Source: an uncultured Clostridia bacterium
GTDB taxonomy: Bacteria; Bacillota; Clostridia; TANB77; CAG-508
Direction of reading: 5' to 3'
NCBI GenBank assembly: GCA_944386115.1
Contig: CALWZV010000004.1
Location: 5,394 to 37,393 of the forward strand
Length of the DNA stretch: 32,000 nt
The notes under the pieces were generated by a model, which was not told the DNA's origin, ran no database searches, and worked only from the letters and a program-made list of their open reading frames with translations. The translations under genes were made by a program, and so were the position numbers. Shown piece after piece: positions 19,422 through 28,129 of this stretch (the stretch's first letter is position 1; each line of letters opens with the position of its first letter).

Positions 19422-20369
19422 TTAATCTAGAAATTCTTTAATACTATTTTCTGCTTTTTTATTATATTCTTTTTTCCAAATTTCATATGATTCCATAATT
19501 TTTTCTTTATTTTGTATACATTTATTAAGTTTTTCAGCAATTTTAATAGGATTATCTTCAGCTTCAACAACTAAATATTCCTTTAATTCACTGTTTAAAA
19601 AATCCTCATTATTTCCAGTTATACAAGGCACTCCAAGTTCCATACTTAAAAAGAAAATCGTATGAAGATATTCTGTAAATGAACAAGATATATTTATATC
19701 GTTTTCTAATATATTATTAAATATATTTTGTTCATTAATTTTTTGGGCTTTTGAGTTAATTTTCATTATTTTTAAAAACTCTGTCATTTTATAATCCAAT
19801 TCATTATAGTTAATAATTGAATTATCTATAAACTTACCAACACTTAGTTGGTTAAATATATTCTTATCCCAAGTATAATTCAATGGATATATACCAATTT
19901 TTATTTTACCTTTTTCATTTTTTATTTCATATTTTGAATCTAATTTATAATTTTCTAATATATATGATGCATTATATTTTTTCTTCTTGTATACTTCATA
20001 TTGTCCTTTTTTTAAAAAACCAATTTTATCAATTATATTTTCTTTTGATAATTTCAGCAAATCGAAGAAATTATTTCTTTCATAATCATAATAAAGTAAT
20101 GCATCTGAAGTATTGCATATTACTTTTATTGGATTTTTATGTTTTTCTCTTATTTTTCTTATCATTTCTGCCCAACCAATTTCTATTCCAAAAAAGATTA
20201 TTTGTTCATTATCATTTTTAATTTTATTTTCTATTGTTTTTAAATTTTCTGTTATTTCTTTTTCAGTCCAACCTATCTCTATCTTTTCATTATTCTCAAA
20301 CATGTTTTTTATAATGAAAGTGTCTTCTTGTTTTTTTTCTCCATAAAAAAGGGTGTAATTTTCCTGCAT
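19422..20369 (-). CDS. Glycosyltransferase-like protein (GT-B/GT4-like), paralogue of 18257-19405
   Basis: 315 aa. ...SMELGVPCITGNNEDFL..LVVEAEDN...IQNKEKIMESYEIWKKEY parallels the neighbour. Confidence 0.5.
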   Translation of the reverse strand: MQENYTLFYGEKKQEDTFIIKNMFENNEKIEIGWTEKEITENLKTIENKIKNDNEQIIFFGIEIGWAEMIRKIREKHKNPIKVICNTSDALLYYDYERNNFFDLLKLSKENIIDKIGFLKKGQYEVYKKKKYNASYILENYKLDSKYEIKNEKGKIKIGIYPLNYTWDKNIFNQLSVGKFIDNSIINYNELDYKMTEFLKIMKINSKAQKINEQNIFNNILENDINISCSFTEYLHTIFFLSMELGVPCITGNNEDFLNSELKEYLVVEAEDNPIKIAEKLNKCIQNKEKIMESYEIWKKEYNKKAENSIKEFLD

Positions 20370-20379
20370 ATTTTCTCCT

Positions 20380-22296
20380 CTATCTTCTAAAAATTTTTCT
20401 TAAAGTTGCTTTAAAATTTAATATCCATTTTAACACATGTAAATTATTATGTACAAAAAAAGCTTCTTTCCATTCCTCTTTCAATAATAGTCTCCTACAT
20501 TTAAATAAATCCATTTTATCTATAAAACTTAATTCCATTTTTTTACTTACATACCCACCTGTTCCAAATGTATCATTATGAATTAAATTGTAATAACACT
20601 CTACTATTGGTTTTGGTGGTTCTTTTCTTAGATTTGTCAATATATTACTTACATATTCTTTAAATTCAGATGCTTCATATGGATGAATTTTCATATATTC
20701 ATTTATTTTTTCTGCACCTTTAAACATTCCCTTTTGTATATGTAGAGTATATTTTTCAACTATTTCTACTTCATCTGTTTTCGCTTTTCTTATTGCTTTT
20801 CCATCTTTGTAGCCTACAACACTGCCTGAGTTTGGATTAAAAAACATTTCTAATAAAGTCAATAATCTTGCTACATCTTCACGTTTTACTTTATCATTAA
20901 GTATAAAACTATGTTTAAGGCTATTCTCTGGCTGAATATTATAAAATTCAAATAAATTATAGTAATATCCATCTATTTTCTTTTTGTCAAATATATAGCA
21001 TAAATTGTCTTGTATTGTTCCTCTCCATCCTATGTCTACTACAAACAACGGTTTATCATCATTTTTTATGTTCATTTTATTCATATATTCTAAGATTTCT
21101 GTTTTCTTATTTGCCAGTTCTTTATTAATCTTTTCTGAAAATTCTTTATCATGAAATAGTTCTTGTACTCTAATATCAAACCATGGGTTGTCTATCCATT
21201 CATCAATTTCAATTTCATGTTTTTCTATTATATTCTTATATTCTTTTATATTTATATTTAATGTCTTAAATAGAGCTTTCATAGATTGGCCTCTGTATTG
21301 TGACCAAAGTCTCAACAATTCCGGAACAGATATTTCTTTTAATGAAGCTGCAAAAGTTGCCATTCTACTTACTTCTAGTATTTCACATTCAGGTATTTCT
21401 ACTTCAAATGGGCTATTTTTTTTAATTAGTTCATGAATTTTTATAAAAGTTTCCCCTTCTCTTGTAAAATAATATACCTTATTAATTTTATTTAAAATTG
21501 CATATTCTATTATTTCATAAACAAAGAAGTATAAAATTGGTGAAAGAGCAATTCCTATATTATATAATTCTTCATCATAGGTTTTAGCATTAATTTTCAT
21601 ACTCTCAATATCGAAATTGAATTTTCTTTTTCTCTCACATTCAAATCCGAAATTATCGTTTTTTTCAATTTTAATTGTTTCTATCCCTAATCTATTTGCA
21701 ACCTCTATATCAGAATATAGATTATCTCCAATATGTATATGTTTGTCAGGTGTTATATTGTGTTCTTTTTCCACTAATTCATATAATTTACCACTTTTTT
21801 TATTTAATAAATAATCTGCCGAACTATATATTTTCTTTATATCACTATATACTTTAAGGTTTTCTAAAATATCTTTTAGTTCTTTTTCTCCCATATAAAA
21901 ATCTGATATGCAAAATTTACTATTATTCTTGTATTTTTCAAATATAGGCTTTATATCATTATTTAAATATGTAACCTCTTTTTCTTCTTCTATTTCTTTT
22001 TCCACTAGCTCTTCACTTATATCTACTTTTTCTTTGAAAACCTCATCACATAATTTTTTAAATACATCTGAAATTTTATATTCAAAATCATTGCCTAATT
22101 TTTCATTTTCTTTTCCGATTGTTTCTTCTATTTTGTTTCTTTTTTTCAATAATTTATATATATCTTTGTATTCATCTTTTAATATATTATTATATTTTAG
22201 CCAAATATACCTAGAAGTTTTTAATTTCACCTCTTCTGGATGACATTTTCTTTTTATTATTGTATCCCATATGTCAAAGCTTACAAGTTTATCCAT
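20380..22296 (-). CDS. Large HAD-superfamily-domain fusion protein of the glycopolymer locus (function unknown)
   Basis: 638 aa. N-terminal VSFDIWDTIIKR is HAD motif I (DxDxT), and ...HIHIGDNLYSDI resembles motif IV. I could not assign the remaining ~400 aa. Confidence 0.5.
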   Translation of the reverse strand: MDKLVSFDIWDTIIKRKCHPEEVKLKTSRYIWLKYNNILKDEYKDIYKLLKKRNKIEETIGKENEKLGNDFEYKISDVFKKLCDEVFKEKVDISEELVEKEIEEEKEVTYLNNDIKPIFEKYKNNSKFCISDFYMGEKELKDILENLKVYSDIKKIYSSADYLLNKKSGKLYELVEKEHNITPDKHIHIGDNLYSDIEVANRLGIETIKIEKNDNFGFECERKRKFNFDIESMKINAKTYDEELYNIGIALSPILYFFVYEIIEYAILNKINKVYYFTREGETFIKIHELIKKNSPFEVEIPECEILEVSRMATFAASLKEISVPELLRLWSQYRGQSMKALFKTLNINIKEYKNIIEKHEIEIDEWIDNPWFDIRVQELFHDKEFSEKINKELANKKTEILEYMNKMNIKNDDKPLFVVDIGWRGTIQDNLCYIFDKKKIDGYYYNLFEFYNIQPENSLKHSFILNDKVKREDVARLLTLLEMFFNPNSGSVVGYKDGKAIRKAKTDEVEIVEKYTLHIQKGMFKGAEKINEYMKIHPYEASEFKEYVSNILTNLRKEPPKPIVECYYNLIHNDTFGTGGYVSKKMELSFIDKMDLFKCRRLLLKEEWKEAFFVHNNLHVLKWILNFKATLRKIFRR

Positions 22297-22329
22297 TTTT
22301 ATTATTCAACTCCTATCATATTTTTTCTC

Positions 22330-22359
22330 ATTTTATCACATAATTATTTTTAGCGTCAA
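22330..22359 (-). promoter_or_regulatory. Candidate promoter for the glycopolymer operon
   Basis: Minus strand TTGACG (22359-22354), 18 nt including TG, then TAAAAT (22335-22330). GGAG RBS before ATG 22296. Confidence 0.3.
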
Positions 22360-22381
22360 GTATAGGAAGATTTTAAACAAT

Positions 22382-22415
22382 AAAAATGGAGAAAATTTCT
22401 CTTTCCTCCATTTTT
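22382..22415 (-). terminator. Rho-independent terminator after the amidase gene
   Basis: aaaaatggag-N14-ctccattttt. On the minus strand the stem is followed by tttttattgttt. Confidence 0.55.
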
Positions 22416-22434
22416 ATAATATAATCTATTAACT

Positions 22435-24336
22435 TTATTTTGTGAATTTTATTTGATTATTATTGCAATTTATTAAATAACTATGGTATTTTCCTATATT
22501 TTGATTTTTAAAATATACATTCATCGTTTTATTCTTTGATGTATTTCTGTTGCTACCAGAACTTACTTCAAGCACATATTGCTTACTTGTATCTATTCCT
22601 TCTATAAATCTATCAAAATAATATGTGTTTGTTCCTGTTGCTGTTACAAATACAGGTAAATTTGCTTTCCCATCTGTTGATTTTAATCTCATTATTGGTT
22701 TTGCACTTGGTACTGTTGACTTTCCGTTTACCCATTCTACTATTATTATTTCTCCATAAATATATGCATTCTTATTTGATGAACCTAATTTCAAACTCTT
22801 AATCTCACTATTTATATTTCCTACATATGTATTAAGTTTAAACTTAATTTGGTTATTATTTAAATATAATTTATAATCATGGTAATTTCCAATATTTTGA
22901 TTTTTAAAATATACATTCATTGTTTTGTTTTTAGATGTATTATTACTGCTACCAGAACTTACTTCAAGCACATATTGTTTACTTGTATCTATTCCTTCTA
23001 TAAATCTATCAAAATAGTATGTATTCGTTCCTGTTGCTGTTACAAATACAGGTAAATTTGCTTTTCCATCTGTTGATTTTAATTTAATTATTGGTTTTGC
23101 ACTTGGTACTGTTGACTTTCCGTTTACCCATTCTACTATTATTATTTCTCCATAAATATATGCATTCTTATTTGATGAACCTAATTTTAAGCTCTTAATC
23201 TCACTATTTATATTTCCTACATATGTATTAGAATTTATTTTTATTTTATTGCTATTTGTTGTTACTTTATATTTTGAGTTACTTGAACTAAATGATGCGA
23301 TACTTGCTTTAGCAGTATTGCTTATTAATTTTTCCAGTTTATTATTGCTTTTAACTTCGATTATGTATTGCTTATTTGTGTCCAAATCATCAATAAATTT
23401 ATCAAAATAATATTTGCTTCCAGATAAATAATTTATAAATATTTCACTTGATATTTTACCATCTGTTGATTTTAAAGTAACTGTTGGCAATTCAATTGGA
23501 TTTCTTTTCATATCATTTATTTTTTCTGTAATGCTTATTTCACCATATATATAATTTCCATTTTTGTTATTGCTAACATTTACAGACAATACTGTTGCTT
23601 GCAATTTATTGTTAGTTCTATCAATTCTAAATTTCTCTGCCATTTCTATAATTGCTTTAGCATCTGCCATTGCCAATTTTTTTATGTTTGCATCTGAACT
23701 TATATGTTGCAAATCAAATCTATTACTAATAAAGCAATGTTCTACTAATATACTTGGAATTCCATAATACATTGGATTCCTTATAATTCCATACCAATCA
23801 GACATGCTTCCATCTAAATATTTTTCTCCATCTGTGCTTAGTTTTATCTTTGGCTCTAAACCTCCCCAATATGGTATGCCAAGAGCATGCAAATTGCGAA
23901 GAATCTTCTGACCAAGCATATATGAATATTCATTAAACCTTACATTATTTTTGTTACAAGTAATATATACTTCAGTTCCTCGTACTGTAGTTCTATCAGA
24001 TGAATTAATGTGAAAGCTTATCATAAGATCTGCTAAATTATTCCTAGCAATTAGTCCTCTTTCTGCTAATTCTGGATTTCCATTTTTGGTTCTTGTAAGT
24101 ACTGTCTTTATTCCATCTACTTTATCTAATTCTTCTTTTACATAATTTGCAATTTTCCAATTTATTTCTGACTCAATATATTTACCATTTGTTGCACCCG
24201 GGTCATCTCCCCCATGACCCGGGTCTAAAACTATTACAATATCATTATCTGATGCATAAACACTTGCTCCCAATATAGCTAATATTATTATAATAAACAA
24301 AAATATATATTTAATCTTATGTTTCATTAAACTCAC
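22435..24336 (-). CDS. Secreted N-acetylmuramoyl-L-alanine amidase (Amidase_3) with three C-terminal ~132-aa repeat modules
   Basis: Signal peptide, then the catalytic domain (VIVLDPGHGGDDPGA...SFHINS...VEHCFISN), then one diverged and two near-identical modules (YVGNINSEIKSLKLGSS...VEWVNGKSTVPSAKPI..LKSTDGK...FVTATGTNTYYFDRFIEGIDTSKQY). The start is GTG 24336 or ATG 24327. Confidence 0.85.
   Translation of the reverse strand: MSLMKHKIKYIFLFIIIILAILGASVYASDNDIVIVLDPGHGGDDPGATNGKYIESEINWKIANYVKEELDKVDGIKTVLTRTKNGNPELAERGLIARNNLADLMISFHINSSDRTTVRGTEVYITCNKNNVRFNEYSYMLGQKILRNLHALGIPYWGGLEPKIKLSTDGEKYLDGSMSDWYGIIRNPMYYGIPSILVEHCFISNRFDLQHISSDANIKKLAMADAKAIIEMAEKFRIDRTNNKLQATVLSVNVSNNKNGNYIYGEISITEKINDMKRNPIELPTVTLKSTDGKISSEIFINYLSGSKYYFDKFIDDLDTNKQYIIEVKSNNKLEKLISNTAKASIASFSSSNSKYKVTTNSNKIKINSNTYVGNINSEIKSLKLGSSNKNAYIYGEIIIVEWVNGKSTVPSAKPIIKLKSTDGKANLPVFVTATGTNTYYFDRFIEGIDTSKQYVLEVSSGSSNNTSKNKTMNVYFKNQNIGNYHDYKLYLNNNQIKFKLNTYVGNINSEIKSLKLGSSNKNAYIYGEIIIVEWVNGKSTVPSAKPIMRLKSTDGKANLPVFVTATGTNTYYFDRFIEGIDTSKQYVLEVSSGSNRNTSKNKTMNVYFKNQNIGKYHSYLINCNNNQIKFTK
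22438..23229 (-). repeat. Two tandem 396-bp direct repeats, near-identical at the nucleotide level, inside the amidase gene
   Basis: Units 22438-22833 and 22834-23229 each encode NTYVGNINSEIKSLKLGSSNKNAYIYGEIIIVEWVNGKSTVPSAKPI... Only scattered substitutions differ by eye. A more diverged copy lies at about 23230-23619. Confidence 0.85.
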
Positions 24337-24386
24337 TCAACCTCTACTTTAAACCTTTTTCACAATATATATTTCTATATTTAAAA

Positions 24387-26567
24387 TTATAGTTTTCCAA
24401 ATTTCACTTTATTATCTTCTAAGAATAAAGCATAGTTTCGGTAATTTCCAAGAGTTTGATCTTTTAAATATACATTCATAGTTTTATTCTTTGAAGTGTT
24501 TTTGCTACTTCCAGAACTAACTTCTAAAATATATTGTTTGCTTGTATCTATTCCCTCTATAAATCTATCAAAATAATATGTGTTTGTTCCTGTTGCTGTT
24601 ACAAATACTTCTAAACTTACTTTGCCGTCTGTTGATTTTAATTTCATTATTGGTTTTACACTTGGGACTGTTGACTTTCCATTTACCCATTCTACAACTA
24701 CTATTTCACCTGAAACATATGCGTTTCCACCTGATGATCCTAAACTAATCTTTTTCAATTCACTATTTATATTTCCCACATACGTATCTAATTTAAATTT
24801 TATTCTATTACTATTTAAATATAAGATATAATCATGGTAATTTCCAATATTTTGATTTTTAAAATATACATTCATACTCTTATTAGGTGAAATATTTTTC
24901 TTATCTCCAGAACTAATTTCAAATATGTATTGTTTACTTGTATCTATTCCTTCTATAAATCTATCAAAATAATATGTGTTTGTTCCTGTTGCTGTTACAA
25001 ATACTTCTAAATCAACTTTGCCATCTGTTGATTTAAATCTCATTATAGGTTTTGCACTTGGGACTGTTGATTTTCCATTTACCCATTCTACAACAATTAT
25101 TTCACCTGAAACGTATGCGTTTCCGCCTGATGATCCTAACTTAAAGCTTTTTAATTCACTATTTATATCACCTACATACACATTTAAGCCAAATTTCATT
25201 TGATTTTTTTCAAAGTATAACTGATAATCGCCATATTTACCTATAGTTTTTGTTGGAAAGATAATATCCATCGTTCTGTTTTCTGATATATTTCTGTCAT
25301 CTCCAGAACTTAATTCAAATATATATTGTTTACTAGTATCTATTCCATCTATAAATCTATCAAAATAATATGTGTTTGTTCCTGTTGCTGTTACGAAAGC
25401 TTCCAAACTCACTTTTCCATCTGTTGATTTAAGCCTTATAATTGGCTTTACACTTGGGACTGTTGATTTTCCATCTACCCATTCTACTATTATAATCTCT
25501 CCTGAAATATATGAACTTCCATTAGCCTTCCCTAAGCTAAAACTTTTTAACTCACTATTTATATTTCCTACATATGTACTTCCAGTATTTAATGGCCTTG
25601 GTGCAGCAGATTCTGGCATGTTTTCATATATAGGTATTATAAATGTAAAACTACTATCTAAGATTCCAACATCAATATAGCTTTCCCTTATTTCAGTTCC
25701 TTCGTTTTGTGCTGCTAGAATATTTGCCATATACTGATGATTATAATAATCAGGCCCTATTACATCAAATTTTTGAAAATACAATGTATCTTGTCCTATG
25801 GCAATATATTTTTTAGCAACATACTCCGCACCTCCAAGTATTGATGCTTCTGGAGTAGTCCATCCATTTTGTTTTGCGGTTTTCATTGAATTCTGCTCTA
25901 TTGTTAAATTTCCTGTTGCATATGCACCTATGTTATAGAAATTATAATATGATCCGTCTTCATCTGTTCCAACAATTAAAGAATCTGGGTTATGACCTTT
26001 TTCTTGAAGCATTCTTGCTACTAAGTGATATGGGCTCACTTTATGAGTAGTTCCTGCTTCAATTATTGTGTCTACATATGGACTTAAAAATGTCCCATCG
26101 CACATCGCAACTATAGCATCTTTACTTGCACTTGATTCTGATAAACTTTGGAATTGAAATACATCTGTTTCATTAATAGAGTTTCTTGGATCCATCATAT
26201 ATTCTAATGCTGCCTTTGATGGACATGTCCAACCAGTTTCATATTCATTTCCTTTACAAATAGTACAGTGCCAGTCTCCATTATATCTCGAATCAGTTGT
26301 TGGAACTAAGTTAGCTCCATGATTTGAATATTCTGAGTTTATAACCTCATTCCAATCTAATCCTGTATAATGTAGCACAAAATTCCAACTTGGATGTTTA
26401 CTTTGTAATGATTTTATTAATGCTTTATAACCAGGATATTTACTTTCATTTATACCATTAATATCTGTACTCGTTTTTACAGCTTCCACAGAATTTTCTA
26501 TTAAGCAAATGCTTAAAAAAGTTAAAATAAATATAAAAAATATTATTAATCTTTTGTTTTTTATCAT
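24387..26567 (-). CDS. Secreted GH73-like peptidoglycan hydrolase (endo-beta-N-acetylglucosaminidase type) with three C-terminal ~132-aa repeat modules
   Basis: Start chosen at MIKNKRLIIFF (ATG 26567) because GAAGGAG lies 5 nt upstream. Signal peptide present. Glucosaminidase-like core (...ARMLQEKG...YNFYNIGAY...IGQDTLYFQKFDV...). Three modules of the same family as in the amidase. Confidence 0.8.
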   Translation of the reverse strand: MIKNKRLIIFFIFILTFLSICLIENSVEAVKTSTDINGINESKYPGYKALIKSLQSKHPSWNFVLHYTGLDWNEVINSEYSNHGANLVPTTDSRYNGDWHCTICKGNEYETGWTCPSKAALEYMMDPRNSINETDVFQFQSLSESSASKDAIVAMCDGTFLSPYVDTIIEAGTTHKVSPYHLVARMLQEKGHNPDSLIVGTDEDGSYYNFYNIGAYATGNLTIEQNSMKTAKQNGWTTPEASILGGAEYVAKKYIAIGQDTLYFQKFDVIGPDYYNHQYMANILAAQNEGTEIRESYIDVGILDSSFTFIIPIYENMPESAAPRPLNTGSTYVGNINSELKSFSLGKANGSSYISGEIIIVEWVDGKSTVPSVKPIIRLKSTDGKVSLEAFVTATGTNTYYFDRFIDGIDTSKQYIFELSSGDDRNISENRTMDIIFPTKTIGKYGDYQLYFEKNQMKFGLNVYVGDINSELKSFKLGSSGGNAYVSGEIIVVEWVNGKSTVPSAKPIMRFKSTDGKVDLEVFVTATGTNTYYFDRFIEGIDTSKQYIFEISSGDKKNISPNKSMNVYFKNQNIGNYHDYILYLNSNRIKFKLDTYVGNINSELKKISLGSSGGNAYVSGEIVVVEWVNGKSTVPSVKPIMKLKSTDGKVSLEVFVTATGTNTYYFDRFIEGIDTSKQYILEVSSGSSKNTSKNKTMNVYLKDQTLGNYRNYALFLEDNKVKFGKL
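24390..25580 (-). repeat. Three tandem ~396-bp diverged direct repeats inside the GH73-like gene
   Basis: Each unit encodes xxYVG(N/D)INSELK...GEI..VEWV(N/D)GKSTVPS(V/A)KPI...KSTDGKV.LE.FVTATGTNTYYFDRFI.GIDTSKQYI.E.SSG. The antisense mirror ORFs at 24580, 24976 and 25372 all begin MFVPVAVT. Confidence 0.85.
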
Positions 26568-26666
26568 AAACACTCCTTCTTTCATACTTTATATTTATTA
26601 GTATATATTATAAGTAAATATTAGACAATATTTTTATATTAAAAATCTTATAGAAATTTTTTCCAC

Positions 26667-27611
26667 TTATTCTATGTTAATTGTTTTATCAATTATATAT
26701 TGTGGTCTATTTTTAGTTTCATCATATATTCTTGACATATATTCTGCCATAATCCACATTGATAATAGTTGAACACCTGCAAAAAAAGTAATCGCAACCA
26801 TTAATGAAGTCCAGCCTGCAGTTAAATAATTCAGTTTAAATATAAATGATATTATTGCATATACTAAAATAACAAATGAAATAATAATTGAAGCAATTCC
26901 TAAAGTTCCAACAATCTTTAAAGGCTTTATTGAAAAACTTATTATTCCATCAGATGCTAATTTTAACATTTTCTTAAGCGGATATTTCGTTTTCCCTGCA
27001 AAGCGCTCTTGTCTCTCATATTCAAAAGGAATCTGTTTAAAACCTACCCAACTAAATAACCCTCTTAAAAACTTATTGTGTTCTGGCATACTATTTATTA
27101 CATCTATAACCTTCCTATCAGCAAGCCTAAAATCACCTGTGTTTTCAGGTATATATACATCTGATAATTTATTAAGCATTTTATAAAATGCTCTAGCCGT
27201 AAATAATTTAAAAGCTGTCTCTCCTTTTCTTTTTTTTCTTTTGGCATATATTACTTCATTTCCTTGTTCCCATAATTTTAACATATCTTTTATAAGTTCT
27301 GGTGGGTCTTGTAAGTCTGCATCAATTATTACTATAGCTTGTCCTTTTACATATTTTATTCCAGCAGTTACTGCAGCCTGATGACCAAAATTTCTTGAAA
27401 AAGATATAACCTTTACATTTTTATCTTTTTTAGCAATACCTTCCAATATTTCTAATGTTTTATCTTTGCTTCCATCATTTACAAATATTATTTCATGATT
27501 ATAATTCTCAAGGCTTTCAAGTACATTTTTTACTCTTTTATAGCATTCCTCTGCAACATCCTCTTCATAATACATTGGTATTACTACTGAAACCATTTTT
27601 TTCTCTTCCAT
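26667..27611 (-). CDS. CsbB/GtrB/ArnC-like family-2 glycosyltransferase (polyprenyl-phosphate sugar transferase) with two C-terminal TM helices
   Basis: VSVVIPMYYEE, IIFVNDGSKDKT, VIIDADLQDPPE and two C-terminal TM segments are the GtrB-type architecture. AAGGAAG RBS. Confidence 0.85.
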   Translation of the reverse strand: MEEKKMVSVVIPMYYEEDVAEECYKRVKNVLESLENYNHEIIFVNDGSKDKTLEILEGIAKKDKNVKVISFSRNFGHQAAVTAGIKYVKGQAIVIIDADLQDPPELIKDMLKLWEQGNEVIYAKRKKRKGETAFKLFTARAFYKMLNKLSDVYIPENTGDFRLADRKVIDVINSMPEHNKFLRGLFSWVGFKQIPFEYERQERFAGKTKYPLKKMLKLASDGIISFSIKPLKIVGTLGIASIIISFVILVYAIISFIFKLNYLTAGWTSLMVAITFFAGVQLLSMWIMAEYMSRIYDETKNRPQYIIDKTINIE

Positions 27612-27673
27612 ATCTACTTCCTTATAAATTACATTTTTTTAAATTATAATTTAAAAAAAATTATAAGTCAACA

Positions 27674-28021
27674 TTATGTATTAGAAATTTTGTCAACTAT
27701 TTTCTTACACTCATCCCATTGCATTATTTTTACAAAATCATAGTCTTTTTTTAATTTACATAGAATCTCCTTACATGAATCACTTGAATTTAAGTCAGCA
27801 ATTATAATATTTTTTAAATCTAATTCTTTTCTATATACTATATTAAACAACAGAGAACGTAATTCACATTCAATTCTTTCCTCTTCATCTTTTATCCCAA
27901 TTATCATATAAATACCTTCACTTTTTGTATTCATAAAACTACTAATTATGGTTCTAATTATCTCGATTAATCCATATAATGCTAATGTCCATAACAATCC
28001 AGATATAATAAAATTAGTCAT
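27674..28021 (-). CDS. Hypothetical membrane-anchored protein
   Basis: Start chosen at MTNFIISGLLW (ATG 28021) because GGAGGAA lies 6 nt upstream. The ORF-track start at 28036 is a TTG inside that RBS. One N-terminal TM segment, then a ~85-aa soluble domain. No family recognised. Confidence 0.45.
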   Translation of the reverse strand: MTNFIISGLLWTLALYGLIEIIRTIISSFMNTKSEGIYMIIGIKDEEERIECELRSLLFNIVYRKELDLKNIIIADLNSSDSCKEILCKLKKDYDFVKIMQWDECKKIVDKISNT

Positions 28022-28076
28022 ATAACTTTCCTCCAATATATCATATGATTGTTTATTAATTCTGTTACTAATTCAA

Positions 28077-28108
28077 AAATAGATTCTTATTTACATAAAA
28101 ATCTATTT
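28077..28108 (-). terminator. Candidate terminator after metK
   Basis: aaatagatt-N14-aatctattt (9-bp AT-rich stem). On the minus strand it is followed by ttgaatt. Confidence 0.35.
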
Positions 28109-28129
28109 CGAATTATATTTATTATTTAA

